36,322 nt of DNA from a virus (taxonomy: Duplodnaviria > Caudoviricetes). The DNA lies in IMG/VR virus record IMGVR_UViG_3300044259_000239, positions 1-36,322 of that record; one strand, written 5' to 3'. Of the stretch, positions 1 through 9,210 are shown in pieces. How positions within the stretch are numbered: the first letter of the stretch is position 1; each line of letters starts with the position of its first letter. The notes under the pieces are model-generated. The model had not been told where the DNA came from and did not search any database. It saw nothing but the letters and a program-made list of their open reading frames with translations. Position numbers and translations under genes: made by a program.

Positions 1-369
1 TCAGGAATTATCTTCAACCCAATCCTGAACAATTATTCCCCAATTTTGTCCTGATTCTTCAGCTAGTTGTAAGTGAGTAAATTCTTTAACCCTTTGTAAA
101 ATATTCGCTTTTAGTGATTTTGTTGAATCAAAATTTTCCAAATAAGCATTTTCAACTTGCTCCACTTCATCCCAAAGTTTAAAAGCTGAATTTCCCAATT
201 CACTCAACTTAATAACTTCATTATTTTCACCTAATCGATAATAGTAACCACTAGCTTTAATATTATTGTTATCAATTTCTATCCTGTCAATTACCAATCT
301 GACAATAGCCATCACAAACCCTCGTTCATCAGGAACCTGTTTTTCAGAAGTCGTTTTTAGTTTATACAT
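1..369 (-). CDS. Hypothetical protein at distal end of tail operon (possible fibre chaperone)
   Basis: 122-aa ORF 4 nt after the propeller gene; function from position only. Confidence 0.55.
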   Translation of the reverse strand: MYKLKTTSEKQVPDERGFVMAIVRLVIDRIEIDNNNIKASGYYYRLGENNEVIKLSELGNSAFKLWDEVEQVENAYLENFDSTKSLKANILQRVKEFTHLQLAEESGQNWGIIVQDWVEDNS

Positions 370-373
370 AGTT

Positions 374-1432
374 TTAAAATTTATTATAGTATTTATTATA
401 GTTCGAATTAGATAAAGAAGCTAAATCCGGCATAACAGCACCTCCACCAACAATATCAGGTGTGTTTACTTTTATTTTTAATACTCTTGAAGAATTTCTC
501 GGAGCAGCATAATAATAACCATTACAAAAAGCTCCTCCCCACCATTTATTTGCACTATTTCCAAAATCAGGATATACCATCCCTGTTAATGATTTTGCCG
601 TATCTATTTTTAAGATTGTATTATTTGTATTTGGAACACCATACACAAACCCATCTAACCCTAAAAATACCCCTGAATATTTAGATTTATTAACAATATA
701 ATTACCCCCAATTAAAGTTGTTGTGTCTGTTGTAGGGTCTATTTTTAAAACTCTTCCAGAGTCAAAATATGGAATGCAATATATTTGTCCATTTAAAGCT
801 AATTGCCCTCCACACCATTTAAAACTACCAGAATAGGTACTTCCTATTAAAGTTGTTGTATCTGTTGTAGGGTCTATTTTTAAAACTTGTGATGAACCTG
901 AAGGCACACAATATATCATTCCATTAGTAGCCAAAACAGCTCCCTGCCATTTATTGCTACCAGAATAAGAACTACCTATTAATGTTGTTGTATCTGTTGT
1001 AGGGTCTATTTTTAGAACCTGTAACGAATCAGCAGGTAAACAATATATCATTCCATTAGTAGCCAAAACAGCTCCCTGCCATTTATTACCTCCTCCATAT
1101 GCACTTCCTATTAAAGATGTAGTATCAGTTGTAGGATCTATTTTTAGAACTTGTGTAGCTGAGTAAGGTGCACAATATATCATACCATTTCCAGCCAAAA
1201 CTCCATCAAAATACTTTAAGGAACTAGAATAAACACTTCCTATCAAAGATGTTGCATCTGTAGTAGGATCAATTTTTAACACTTGTGTAGCTAAAAATGG
1301 TACACAATATATCATTCCGTTCGCCGCTAATCTAGCCCCAATATACTTATCTGTAGAGGCATATGTCCCGCCTATTAAAGATGAAGAGAGTGTTTTTTTA
1401 GATCCGAATTCATAATGTACTATTGGATTCAT
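374..1432 (-). CDS. Repeat beta-propeller protein, candidate receptor-binding protein
   Basis: Seven ~44-aa repeats KWxGxVLAxNGMIYCxP...QVLKIDPTTDTTxLIG; lies in the tail-fibre module. Confidence 0.75.
   Translation of the reverse strand: MNPIVHYEFGSKKTLSSSLIGGTYASTDKYIGARLAANGMIYCVPFLATQVLKIDPTTDATSLIGSVYSSSLKYFDGVLAGNGMIYCAPYSATQVLKIDPTTDTTSLIGSAYGGGNKWQGAVLATNGMIYCLPADSLQVLKIDPTTDTTTLIGSSYSGSNKWQGAVLATNGMIYCVPSGSSQVLKIDPTTDTTTLIGSTYSGSFKWCGGQLALNGQIYCIPYFDSGRVLKIDPTTDTTTLIGGNYIVNKSKYSGVFLGLDGFVYGVPNTNNTILKIDTAKSLTGMVYPDFGNSANKWWGGAFCNGYYYAAPRNSSRVLKIKVNTPDIVGGGAVMPDLASLSNSNYNKYYNKF
908..1087. repeat. 132-nt period coding repeat; identical 48-nt copies at 908-955 and 1040-1087
   Basis: acaatatatcattccattagtagccaaaacagctccctgccatttatt occurs twice, 132 nt apart. 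Confidence 0.9.
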
Positions 1433-1434
1433 AT

Positions 1435-2244
1435 CTATGCATTTGAAATTCTTAAATAATCTGTTGTCCCTACACTTGCTATAGTAGCAGTTGAACCAAC
1501 TGCACCATTAAATACATTTGTACCATCAACCTGAACCAAAGTTCTACCTGAACCTTGAACAAATGTTATAGCTCCAGTTCCATGCTTAACAAAAGACACT
1601 GTAATAGCTCCGTTTATAGTGTAATTAATATTATTAACGCCATTTTGAATTACTACATTTTTCCCATGTTGTGCAAATGAACCACTTCCTCCCACGGTTC
1701 CATTCGTAGAATTTGTAACATTTGTCGTAACAACTAGATCTATTTGCACAGGAATATCCCTAAAATCATTTATCTGTTTTTGCAATTTCCCGAATGCAGA
1801 TAAAATAGTATCAGTTGCCGTTATTGGAGTTCCAATAGCAAACGAAATCCCCGTAAGAACATAAGACATAACTAAAGATAATGTTGAGTATTTATTTACC
1901 GCACCTTCAATCACATCATCAGTCGAAGCAATTAAACTAGGCAACTGACTCGGGTAAACACGCCCTTCAGAATCTAACCCTGCATAACCGTTCGGTATTC
2001 CCTTTTCTGACTTACTCTCTTTACCAATAAATAGTTCGTAATGTGCATTTGCATCTGTTCTATGTCCATCAAACTGTACCTTATCAGCCTTTCCGTTTAA
2101 GACAGTTGAGAGGTTTGAAATCGAAGCCTGGGGAATTGGTTCCTCTTTATGGAAAAACGATGTAAACGTTTGTTCAAATTGTGCCTGTGTCGGCTTTTTT
2201 CCAGTGCGGAACCAGCTTAAAATCGTATTTATGTTTGTAGCCAT
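1435..2244 (-). CDS. Tail fibre/adaptor protein 2
   Basis: N-terminus MATNINTILSWFRTGKKPTQ shared with 3489-3908; fibre-like segments (NGYAGLDSEGRV, ITATDTILSAFGKLQKQI); beta-rich C-terminus. Confidence 0.7.
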   Translation of the reverse strand: MATNINTILSWFRTGKKPTQAQFEQTFTSFFHKEEPIPQASISNLSTVLNGKADKVQFDGHRTDANAHYELFIGKESKSEKGIPNGYAGLDSEGRVYPSQLPSLIASTDDVIEGAVNKYSTLSLVMSYVLTGISFAIGTPITATDTILSAFGKLQKQINDFRDIPVQIDLVVTTNVTNSTNGTVGGSGSFAQHGKNVVIQNGVNNINYTINGAITVSFVKHGTGAITFVQGSGRTLVQVDGTNVFNGAVGSTATIASVGTTDYLRISNA

Positions 2245-2261
2245 GATATCATCGATAATAA

Positions 2262-3479
2262 TTAACCTAATAAATCTTTACAAACACCCCATATTTTTAC
2301 AGCCATAGCAGGCTGGCCAATAGTTGTGTTTGGGTGAATCCAAACCCCAGATAATTGCTCTGTTGCTACGAAAGGCGTGTTATTTGTTAAACTGTATGCA
2401 TCATCCGTATCTGCCAGATAAACTTTTTTACCATTTGCGGCTTCATCTGTTACCGCTGCTCTAATCTCAGCTCTATAGTTATTAGCTCTAGTTGCGTTCA
2501 ATCCATTGGACTGAGTTATATTATTAATAACAATTGAACTATTAGGGTTAATTAAGAAAAACCTAGCACAGATATTTTTAAGGTTCTGTCTTATTGTTGC
2601 CAGTGCTGAGTCATCAGCGGCATCATTCATGCCTAGGTTGATAAATAAAATTTCTGATTTTATATTGTCAATCCTGCCTTGCTTAATCCACCAATCCCAC
2701 TGGTTTGATGTCGTCCCGCCTTGTGCTATATTAACAAGTCTGATATCTTCGCCCTGTTCTTTAAATTGGTTTCTAATTATGAACGGCCATAATCCAATGT
2801 AGGAGTTATCAGGTTGTTTGTTTACCATTATAGAACCTAAATCGGATGTCACTCCACCAATTGAATCTCCAATTACCAACATAGTTTTTTCGGCACTATA
2901 ATTAAAGTCATTAGTAATGTCGTATCCGTCAAAATCAATCATCCAACGCATACCCTTTGTTTTTGTGACAGGAGTAACTTCTGAATCTTGGGAACTCCTA
3001 TCCCTGAAATAACTAATACTAATAGCATCACCGCATGGCAATACTATTGGATTTTCTAATAATTGAACTTCACCTCCGTTAGGATTTGATTGATATGTAA
3101 CTCTACCGGAAATCATGCCATCTAAACCAATAACTCCATTATTCCCACTTGATGAATTTAGCACTTCTCTTCTGATGTAAGCCTGTGCAGTATAATCGAG
3201 TGAGCCATATAACTTTATACTGTTTACAACATAAGCCCTTCCTGTAGGTGTAAAAATATCCCTGCATAAATTATTACCGTATCTTAGAACATCAGGCATA
3301 TTCTCTGGTTCTGAAGTCCACTTTTGGTAATTAGTTGAACCACTAGGGGAGCTGGTTGGTGTGGTCATTGCGGCCAAGTGATTAAATGCAAATCCTGGCA
3401 TTAATCTGCTTTCATTTTTTAATGCTGATAAAATATTTATCACATCATCTTTACCTGTAACTTTTAATGCTAATCTCAT
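2262..3479 (-). CDS. SGNH/GDSL hydrolase-domain tail-associated protein
   Basis: Blocks LVIGDS, NIAQGG, NLGMND and IHPN in the C-terminal half. Confidence 0.8.
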   Translation of the reverse strand: MRLALKVTGKDDVINILSALKNESRLMPGFAFNHLAAMTTPTSSPSGSTNYQKWTSEPENMPDVLRYGNNLCRDIFTPTGRAYVVNSIKLYGSLDYTAQAYIRREVLNSSSGNNGVIGLDGMISGRVTYQSNPNGGEVQLLENPIVLPCGDAISISYFRDRSSQDSEVTPVTKTKGMRWMIDFDGYDITNDFNYSAEKTMLVIGDSIGGVTSDLGSIMVNKQPDNSYIGLWPFIIRNQFKEQGEDIRLVNIAQGGTTSNQWDWWIKQGRIDNIKSEILFINLGMNDAADDSALATIRQNLKNICARFFLINPNSSIVINNITQSNGLNATRANNYRAEIRAAVTDEAANGKKVYLADTDDAYSLTNNTPFVATEQLSGVWIHPNTTIGQPAMAVKIWGVCKDLLG

Positions 3480-3488
3480 TATTTTTAA

Positions 3489-3908
3489 TTATAATTTTAC
3501 ATCACCTAATACAACATAACTCAACTGGCCATTGTAATAGATGTACATTGAAAACATGCCTCCATTGGTTTCGTCAGACTTGACATAATAGTTTACAATC
3601 AAATCATTATCAATATTTCCTATATCTTCCAGCATTAAGCTGTATGTTTCCGTATCTTTTCTTAAAATACTGGACTTATCTTCCTTTGAATCAAACATTG
3701 CCTTGTGCGCATTCGTATCGGTTCTATGCGCATCAAACTGCGCCTTTTCGGTTTTTGCATTCAATACTGTTGAAAGATTTGAAACCGACGCCTGGGGAAT
3801 TGGTTCCTCCTTGTGCCAGAATGATGTCCACGACGCTGCAAATTGTTCCTGTGTCGGCTTTCGTCCGGTGCGAAACCAGCTTAAAATCGTATTTATGTTT
3901 GTAGCCAT
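3489..3908 (-). CDS. Tail fibre/adaptor protein 1 (short paralog)
   Basis: First ~70 aa closely similar to those of 1435-2244. Confidence 0.7.
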   Translation of the reverse strand: MATNINTILSWFRTGRKPTQEQFAASWTSFWHKEEPIPQASVSNLSTVLNAKTEKAQFDAHRTDTNAHKAMFDSKEDKSSILRKDTETYSLMLEDIGNIDNDLIVNYYVKSDETNGGMFSMYIYYNGQLSYVVLGDVKL

Positions 3909-3910
3909 TT

Positions 3911-4702
3911 TTAAAAAGGAATTAATGCGTAAACAAAAGTTACGCTCTGTACTTGATTTTCCAGTTCTCTGATGTATAATTCAAAAGAAGTTGCTGCCGG
4001 TGCGCCATACGTCCAAATCAAATCATTGCTCGCATTCCAATCACTTGCATTGTTAACCTTTAGTGCGCCCAGAACCAAGTAATTTGAAGTTCCAACAGTA
4101 GGAAATGAAATTACATATCTCTGATCTGTGGCAGGGTTTCCAACGTTGTAAGACGAAACACGTAAAAAAGGGCTTGATAAAACTATTTTGTTTTTTATGA
4201 AAGCATCTGAGTTTGTGTCTGTAACATTCCAGTCACTTTGTACGTTTACTTCTGCTCCTTCCGCAATTGTAGCCAACTTGGCTTCAATTGTGGTCAACTT
4301 ACTATTTACTGTGTCCTGGAATGCCTTAAGTGTTTTTGTTTGTGGGGGCCGAATAAAACTGCTCCATAACCATGAAGTTTCAGCAATTCCAAATGTCGCA
4401 TATCTGATAGTTTGAACTGTCTTCACGGTTCCATTTTCAAAAGGTCTGTTTACATTTTCCTCAACAATAATTACTGTCGAATCTTCCGCAACATAACTCT
4501 CCCTAAAATCCAAAAGCTCTCCATTTATAAAAACACGCCCATCCTTGATTATTGTTCCCTCAATTTCGCAACCTGAAATAATAGTAAGATCACCGGCGAT
4601 ATACCCTAATGAGTTAAAAATGCTGTAGGCAGTTTCAAGCTCTTGCAATCTTTCGGTTTTTAGAGGAAATCCCCCTGTCTGATTAAAATTTGATCTATTC
4701 AT
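3911..4702 (-). CDS. Baseplate-attached tail fibre protein
   Basis: N-terminal GGFPL...IISGC...GRVFINGE anchor-like segment, short coiled coil, NVQSDWNVTD repeat-like motif; follows the J/I-like genes. Confidence 0.7.
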   Translation of the reverse strand: MNRSNFNQTGGFPLKTERLQELETAYSIFNSLGYIAGDLTIISGCEIEGTIIKDGRVFINGELLDFRESYVAEDSTVIIVEENVNRPFENGTVKTVQTIRYATFGIAETSWLWSSFIRPPQTKTLKAFQDTVNSKLTTIEAKLATIAEGAEVNVQSDWNVTDTNSDAFIKNKIVLSSPFLRVSSYNVGNPATDQRYVISFPTVGTSNYLVLGALKVNNASDWNASNDLIWTYGAPAATSFELYIRELENQVQSVTFVYALIPF

Positions 4703-5180
4703 CGATAAAAATATTGTAACGGCGAGCGCCTGCTTTATAAAATTTTACATGCGCATGTAAGGCATGAATTTGCGTATTGTAAAGAGATTCAGGAACAAAG
4801 ACAATAAAGTCCAAACCTGTATCCGCTGTCTCTGATTCGGTTCTTAAAAAGGTTATTTCTGGTTCACTTTCTGTACTTAGAAATTTATCCTTCTGTTCCG
4901 CCTCAGTATAGATATAATAGGTTTCGTTTAACTGGCCATCGGTTATGTAAATACGCCTTGAGATTGGGTCAAACTTGTCATTGAGCGAGCCTTCCAAAGA
5001 ACACACCTGGCCTGTATGTTCAAGTTTATAAATATTATCCTGGCGCCAAAGGCTCCACTTGTAATAGAGCGTACCCAACGGCTTTAACAAAATCTGACTA
5101 AATGCAGCCGTTGACGGTTTACGGAGCATCGTGGGCAGATTATCCAAAGCCAGGATATTCCAGTCAATTTTATACCACAT
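4695..5180 (-). CDS. Baseplate wedge / tail protein I-like
   Basis: Follows the J-like gene. Start moved to ATG 5180 (MWYKIDW), which overlaps the upstream stop less than the ORF-track start 5195. Confidence 0.6.
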   Translation of the reverse strand: MWYKIDWNILALDNLPTMLRKPSTAAFSQILLKPLGTLYYKWSLWRQDNIYKLEHTGQVCSLEGSLNDKFDPISRRIYITDGQLNETYYIYTEAEQKDKFLSTESEPEITFLRTESETADTGLDFIVFVPESLYNTQIHALHAHVKFYKAGARRYNIFIDE

Positions 5181-6048
5181 AATTAATGTTATCAAAGTTT
5201 ACTATTTCAAAATACCCGCTTTCGGCAATTTTTGAAATATTGATTGGCTGCGGTTGTCCATAACCTCCACTGTCTGGATTAATCCAAGCGCTTTGAGCGC
5301 TGAATAGTGTCGCATCTAAAACACCAGGAACAGCCTGAATTTTATCTACAAGCGCCGATAGTTTCAATTCTCCATTGAAATCAAGCTCTTTCATAAACTC
5401 CTGCAATGCATCTACAACCGGATTATTACCATCTAAAATGCTCATGCCATTTTGATCCAGAACCAAAGCGTCTCTTTTTATCTGCATGTTCAAATACAGC
5501 TGATCAGCACGATAATTTATAATTGTGATGTAAGTACCGGCTATCTTGATTCTTTTAAAGTAGTTCTCAATTGCTTCGATCTGTGCGGCATCTGTAAAGT
5601 TGGTCAACACTCCATTTTCTTCACCGGCAATTTTTACAATCAGCCTTGCTTGTTGATTATCAAAAACCTCGTTAACAGCAGCATACTTAATTATTTTTGA
5701 GTTCTCAATTTGTTCAGCATTTGCAGAACTGTTATCAAACTTATCTGTATCGCCTAAAAGGTTAAAACCGAACTGAAAACGTAACGCCATTGTGCGATAC
5801 CAGGGAAGCCCTCCTGGCTTTTCATTTGCCAATCTTTCATCAACTTCCTTTGCATGTTGATCAAAGAAGGATTCGTGAATAAAGTGTGCGAGTGCCACAA
5901 TTTCAAACCAGATGTTTTCAAGACTAACCAAAGAGAATTCCGATTCGAAGGATGCACCGATTGTGAAACCGTAAGTACTGGCTAAAGTTTCATTAGCCAT
6001 AAACTGTGTTGTGATTTCGGATTTTATTTGAGTTTTTGTACGAGCCAT
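5170..6048 (-). CDS. Baseplate J-like protein
   Basis: MARTKTQIK start and LSALVDKIQAVPGV motif; position in baseplate cluster. Confidence 0.7.
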   Translation of the reverse strand: MARTKTQIKSEITTQFMANETLASTYGFTIGASFESEFSLVSLENIWFEIVALAHFIHESFFDQHAKEVDERLANEKPGGLPWYRTMALRFQFGFNLLGDTDKFDNSSANAEQIENSKIIKYAAVNEVFDNQQARLIVKIAGEENGVLTNFTDAAQIEAIENYFKRIKIAGTYITIINYRADQLYLNMQIKRDALVLDQNGMSILDGNNPVVDALQEFMKELDFNGELKLSALVDKIQAVPGVLDATLFSAQSAWINPDSGGYGQPQPINISKIAESGYFEIVNFDNINYVV

Positions 6049-6342
6049 TTATCTTACTATGAATGAATCTTCGATCACCATTGCGCCAATTCCCTCATCT
6101 GGAATTATTACAGCAGAATTTTCGTTTGTGATTCCTGTTGATATTTTCTTTTTAATCCCATTAAAAAACTGCGAAATTGCTAGGTCTTTTAAATCAGAGT
6201 TTGGTGTTTCCAATACATTCCCTGGTGAAAGTTTCTCAGTAATTGATACATTGTTTTTCAAAGCCCATTCAAATACAGTTTCGATATTTCCGTCTTCCTG
6301 AACAGAAATATCAGACAAGCTTTGTCCGGATATTATTATCAT
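6049..6342 (-). CDS. LysM-like / tail X-like baseplate protein
   Basis: GQSLSDISVQEDG...ALKNNVSITEKLSPGNVL is a LysM-like pattern. Confidence 0.6.
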   Translation of the reverse strand: MIIISGQSLSDISVQEDGNIETVFEWALKNNVSITEKLSPGNVLETPNSDLKDLAISQFFNGIKKKISTGITNENSAVIIPDEGIGAMVIEDSFIVR

Positions 6343-6653
6343 GGGTGTTCTTTTTTATATTTATCAAAGTCATTCTTTAAATTGAAATACTTTTTCTTCC
6401 AATCTTCCAGGGCTTTTCCCAGTTCGTCAATTTTAGAATTACAGGAGTTCAATTTTTCATCAAAAGTGGATTTAAGGTCTTGATACTTTTCTTCGTATCG
6501 GTTTTTTAAATCAGTCAAAGAATCTTGATACAAGTCTACAATGGTCTGTTGATTTGTAATTGCTTCTCTTTTACGGTTTGGAAACCAACCGATAAAACCG
6601 CCAAGAACTAACGTTATTATATTGTCTAGATAGGGCTGTATTAGTTCAAACAT
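6339..6653 (-). CDS. Single-TM coiled-coil protein, possible holin
   Basis: N-terminal hydrophobic IITLVLGGFIGWF followed by a heptad-rich charged region. Confidence 0.45.
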   Translation of the reverse strand: MFELIQPYLDNIITLVLGGFIGWFPNRKREAITNQQTIVDLYQDSLTDLKNRYEEKYQDLKSTFDEKLNSCNSKIDELGKALEDWKKKYFNLKNDFDKYKKEHP

Positions 6654-6928
6654 TAGATTATGGTTTTGATTTTGTTTTTTATTTCGCTGTAGTTTTTTCC
6701 ATCTTTTTCAAGGTGAATTCTGGCTCTTCTTTCAAAGTCTGTTTTAGATGCATTTGCTTTCAACAATTGGATTATATCTGCGCCAAGAACCGGTTTTGAT
6801 TTTAACTCACCTTGTGACATTTCTAAAATAATTGCGACTTCTTGCATCACAGAATCACCAACTTTGAGTTGTTTGCCTACTATTAACAAATCATTGTTAT
6901 CATCTAATAAAATCCCTTTTCCTGACAT
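6653..6928 (-). CDS. Baseplate gp25/W-like (Mu gp46-like) protein
   Basis: ILLDDNNDLLI...GELKSKPVLG pattern; position after the spike genes. Confidence 0.55.
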   Translation of the reverse strand: MSGKGILLDDNNDLLIVGKQLKVGDSVMQEVAIILEMSQGELKSKPVLGADIIQLLKANASKTDFERRARIHLEKDGKNYSEIKNKIKTII

Positions 6929-6930
6929 AC

Positions 6931-7146
6931 TTATTCTTTTATAATTCCGGTACCGGTTACAGCTCCACCCGTTGCCGAGGTTCCTGTGACTATTGTTTCT
7001 CTACCAATAACAAATAAACTTACTGCATCGGCAATTTTTAAGGATTGTCTCTTACGAGCCTCAGCAGGATCTACCGGAACATCGGAATCGTCATTAAAGG
7101 CCTTTTCTATCAGTTGAGCTAACTGTGCTTTTGTTATTGCTGGCAT
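6931..7146 (-). CDS. Small hypothetical baseplate/spike-associated protein
   Basis: 71 aa, tightly coupled in the operon; C-terminal TGTSATGGAVTGTG. Confidence 0.5.
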   Translation of the reverse strand: MPAITKAQLAQLIEKAFNDDSDVPVDPAEARKRQSLKIADAVSLFVIGRETIVTGTSATGGAVTGTGIIKE

Positions 7147-7148
7147 TT

Positions 7149-7616
7149 CTATTCAATTAAAACAGTGTTTAAACGTTGTTTAATTGCAGTCATAGCAGGT
7201 ACATTTATCGATGTACCGTTGATTACAATTATTTTATTTATTTCGTCGATCATGTCGTTAAATACTTTTTTTAGGCTTTCATTTGACTGTTTAATAATGA
7301 ATCCGTCCTCTTTGATTGTCAGTTCGCTGTCACCTCTTTTGAAAACAGTTTCTTCGACTTCATCAGCCGATACAAGAAAGTTGTTGGCAGAATTACCAAT
7401 CGAACCTATTAAACATTTAGCGCCTATTTTGGGTTTGTGGTAATGATCACCAATACCTAAAAGAACATCATAATAATCGAGATCATCAATTTCGCCTGTA
7501 GCTGTCATTGTTTTGTTTTCCCAGTCAACATCTTTGACAACTGCCCAAACAGTCTGAACAGGAATGAGTTCTTTAATTTTTTGACCTAATAATTGGTTAA
7601 ATTGTGTAACGCTCAT
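7149..7616 (-). CDS. Baseplate spike (gpV-like) protein
   Basis: OB-fold-like N-terminus (AVVKDVDWENKTMT...KPKIGAKCLIG); follows the hub gene. Confidence 0.6.
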   Translation of the reverse strand: MSVTQFNQLLGQKIKELIPVQTVWAVVKDVDWENKTMTATGEIDDLDYYDVLLGIGDHYHKPKIGAKCLIGSIGNSANNFLVSADEVEETVFKRGDSELTIKEDGFIIKQSNESLKKVFNDMIDEINKIIVINGTSINVPAMTAIKQRLNTVLIE

Positions 7617-7617
7617 T

Positions 7618-8592
7618 TTATGCTACTTTATCTCCTAATGTTATTTCCTGTCGCAATCCTGACGGGCTAAATTTCTTCACTACTTTTTCGATGTAATATT
7701 GTCCGTTACGATCTTTGTAAAGTGTACTTTTCAAATCAACCTTTAAACCATGTCTTACAGATGGAATCCCAAAAGCAGTAAATGAACCTTCAAACCTGTC
7801 TACTTTATATTTTTCATATTCTAGTTTCCCAAGTCTTTCAAGTTCTGCTTTCAATTCAATATTGTAAAATGTCAATTGACGCTCATTGCCGTCTTTATCT
7901 CCAATATTTTCAACTGTCACCTTTTTACCATTTGAAAGTGTTGATACAACTTTAATCCTAAGACTTATATCTTCTTTCTTTTTATAATTCAGAGAAGTTG
8001 AAACACAATTCCTTTCAAGGTCAAATTTTACAGGTCTGTATTCACTTTCATCGGCATAGTACTTACCACATACAACTGTTTTTCCTCTCATGTAAGAGTA
8101 CAGTCCCCAATCACTTTGTAGTTTTTCCAAAACAGGACCAACTCCCGTTTTTGACAATCTAACCGCTCCTAGCTGTACACCTTCCAAAGCATCAATTTCA
8201 TAACCTGGAATAATAGTTTCTAAAAGATTCTTAAGACTTACATTTTTTGATGAGAAGTTTACAGGTATCTTCCTAACATTAAACATTTCATCTTCAAACT
8301 TTATGACAACTGGAATATCTGCCGAAACTTCAGAAATGTATCCTACAAATTCCTTGTAGTTGTTTCCATCATAACCAAAATAAATTGTTATTGGATCACC
8401 TCTCCTAAAAACTTCTTTGACATTGTATTTATCGAAATAGCGAACATTTCTAGGTAAAATAATCTGACCTCTCGACGTCATTTCTTTCCAGGTACTTTCA
8501 TATTCAATTTCAGTTACACGATTCATAACAATATCCTCTTTTCGATGGTCATTTTTATGAAATACTATTTTACAGGTTAATGTCATAATCAT
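7618..8592 (-). CDS. Baseplate hub (gpD/Mu gp44-like)
   Basis: GDPITIYFGYDG...EFVGYI, GSFTAFGIP, GQYYIEKV motifs. Confidence 0.75.
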   Translation of the reverse strand: MIMTLTCKIVFHKNDHRKEDIVMNRVTEIEYESTWKEMTSRGQIILPRNVRYFDKYNVKEVFRRGDPITIYFGYDGNNYKEFVGYISEVSADIPVVIKFEDEMFNVRKIPVNFSSKNVSLKNLLETIIPGYEIDALEGVQLGAVRLSKTGVGPVLEKLQSDWGLYSYMRGKTVVCGKYYADESEYRPVKFDLERNCVSTSLNYKKKEDISLRIKVVSTLSNGKKVTVENIGDKDGNERQLTFYNIELKAELERLGKLEYEKYKVDRFEGSFTAFGIPSVRHGLKVDLKSTLYKDRNGQYYIEKVVKKFSPSGLRQEITLGDKVA

Positions 8593-9209
8593 AGAACTAA
8601 TATTATATCTTCATCACTGAATAATTGAAATTGAAAAGGTATAACACCATAACTTCCCTGTTGCAAATTGTCACTCCAATCAGATATTGCAACCCTAGAA
8701 ATTCTCCTTTGTTCAAACAAGCCTCCACTAATATCAATTCCATCGGCTAGCTCTTCCCACTTAAGAAGCTGTTCTAATTGTTCATGAGCTGATTGGTTTG
8801 GTTCATCCAAACACAACCCTCTAACATCAATCACCCAGTCATCAAAACCATAAATTTCCTTTACAGTTCCATTATTACCTAAAAGATTGGTTCTGGTAAT
8901 ATTATGAGCTCTTCTAAAACTGAACATTGTTGCGGCTGGCAATTGAAAATCATTCATTTGAACCCTTTCAATTTCTCCGATTGCATTATATTTTTGATAA
9001 CTCCTACCTAAGAACTTTGCTGAAAACATTATCGGTGTCCCCATCCAACTTACAGCATCTGGTTTATAGTATTCGGGCAATGTTTCAATTCCCTTATAGC
9101 TAAAAATTGCGGGTTTATCTTTTCTTTCCGTTTCTGTGATGTAAACCGGACTACTCAAACCAAATGCAGATTGAAACAACTTTGAAACATTATATTTTTT
9201 ATCTGCCAT
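8589..9209 (-). CDS. Tail tube initiator-like (DUF6046-like) protein
   Basis: Directly after the tape measure; NITRTNLLGNNGTVKEIYGFDDWVIDVRG motif. Confidence 0.6.
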   Translation of the reverse strand: MADKKYNVSKLFQSAFGLSSPVYITETERKDKPAIFSYKGIETLPEYYKPDAVSWMGTPIMFSAKFLGRSYQKYNAIGEIERVQMNDFQLPAATMFSFRRAHNITRTNLLGNNGTVKEIYGFDDWVIDVRGLCLDEPNQSAHEQLEQLLKWEELADGIDISGGLFEQRRISRVAISDWSDNLQQGSYGVIPFQFQLFSDEDIILVL

Positions 9210-9210
9210 T

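Noticed and set aside
1-4702. Tail fibre genes as DGR targets
   Set aside because: No TR-like sequence found by eye; the propeller repeat differences are not adenine-specific.
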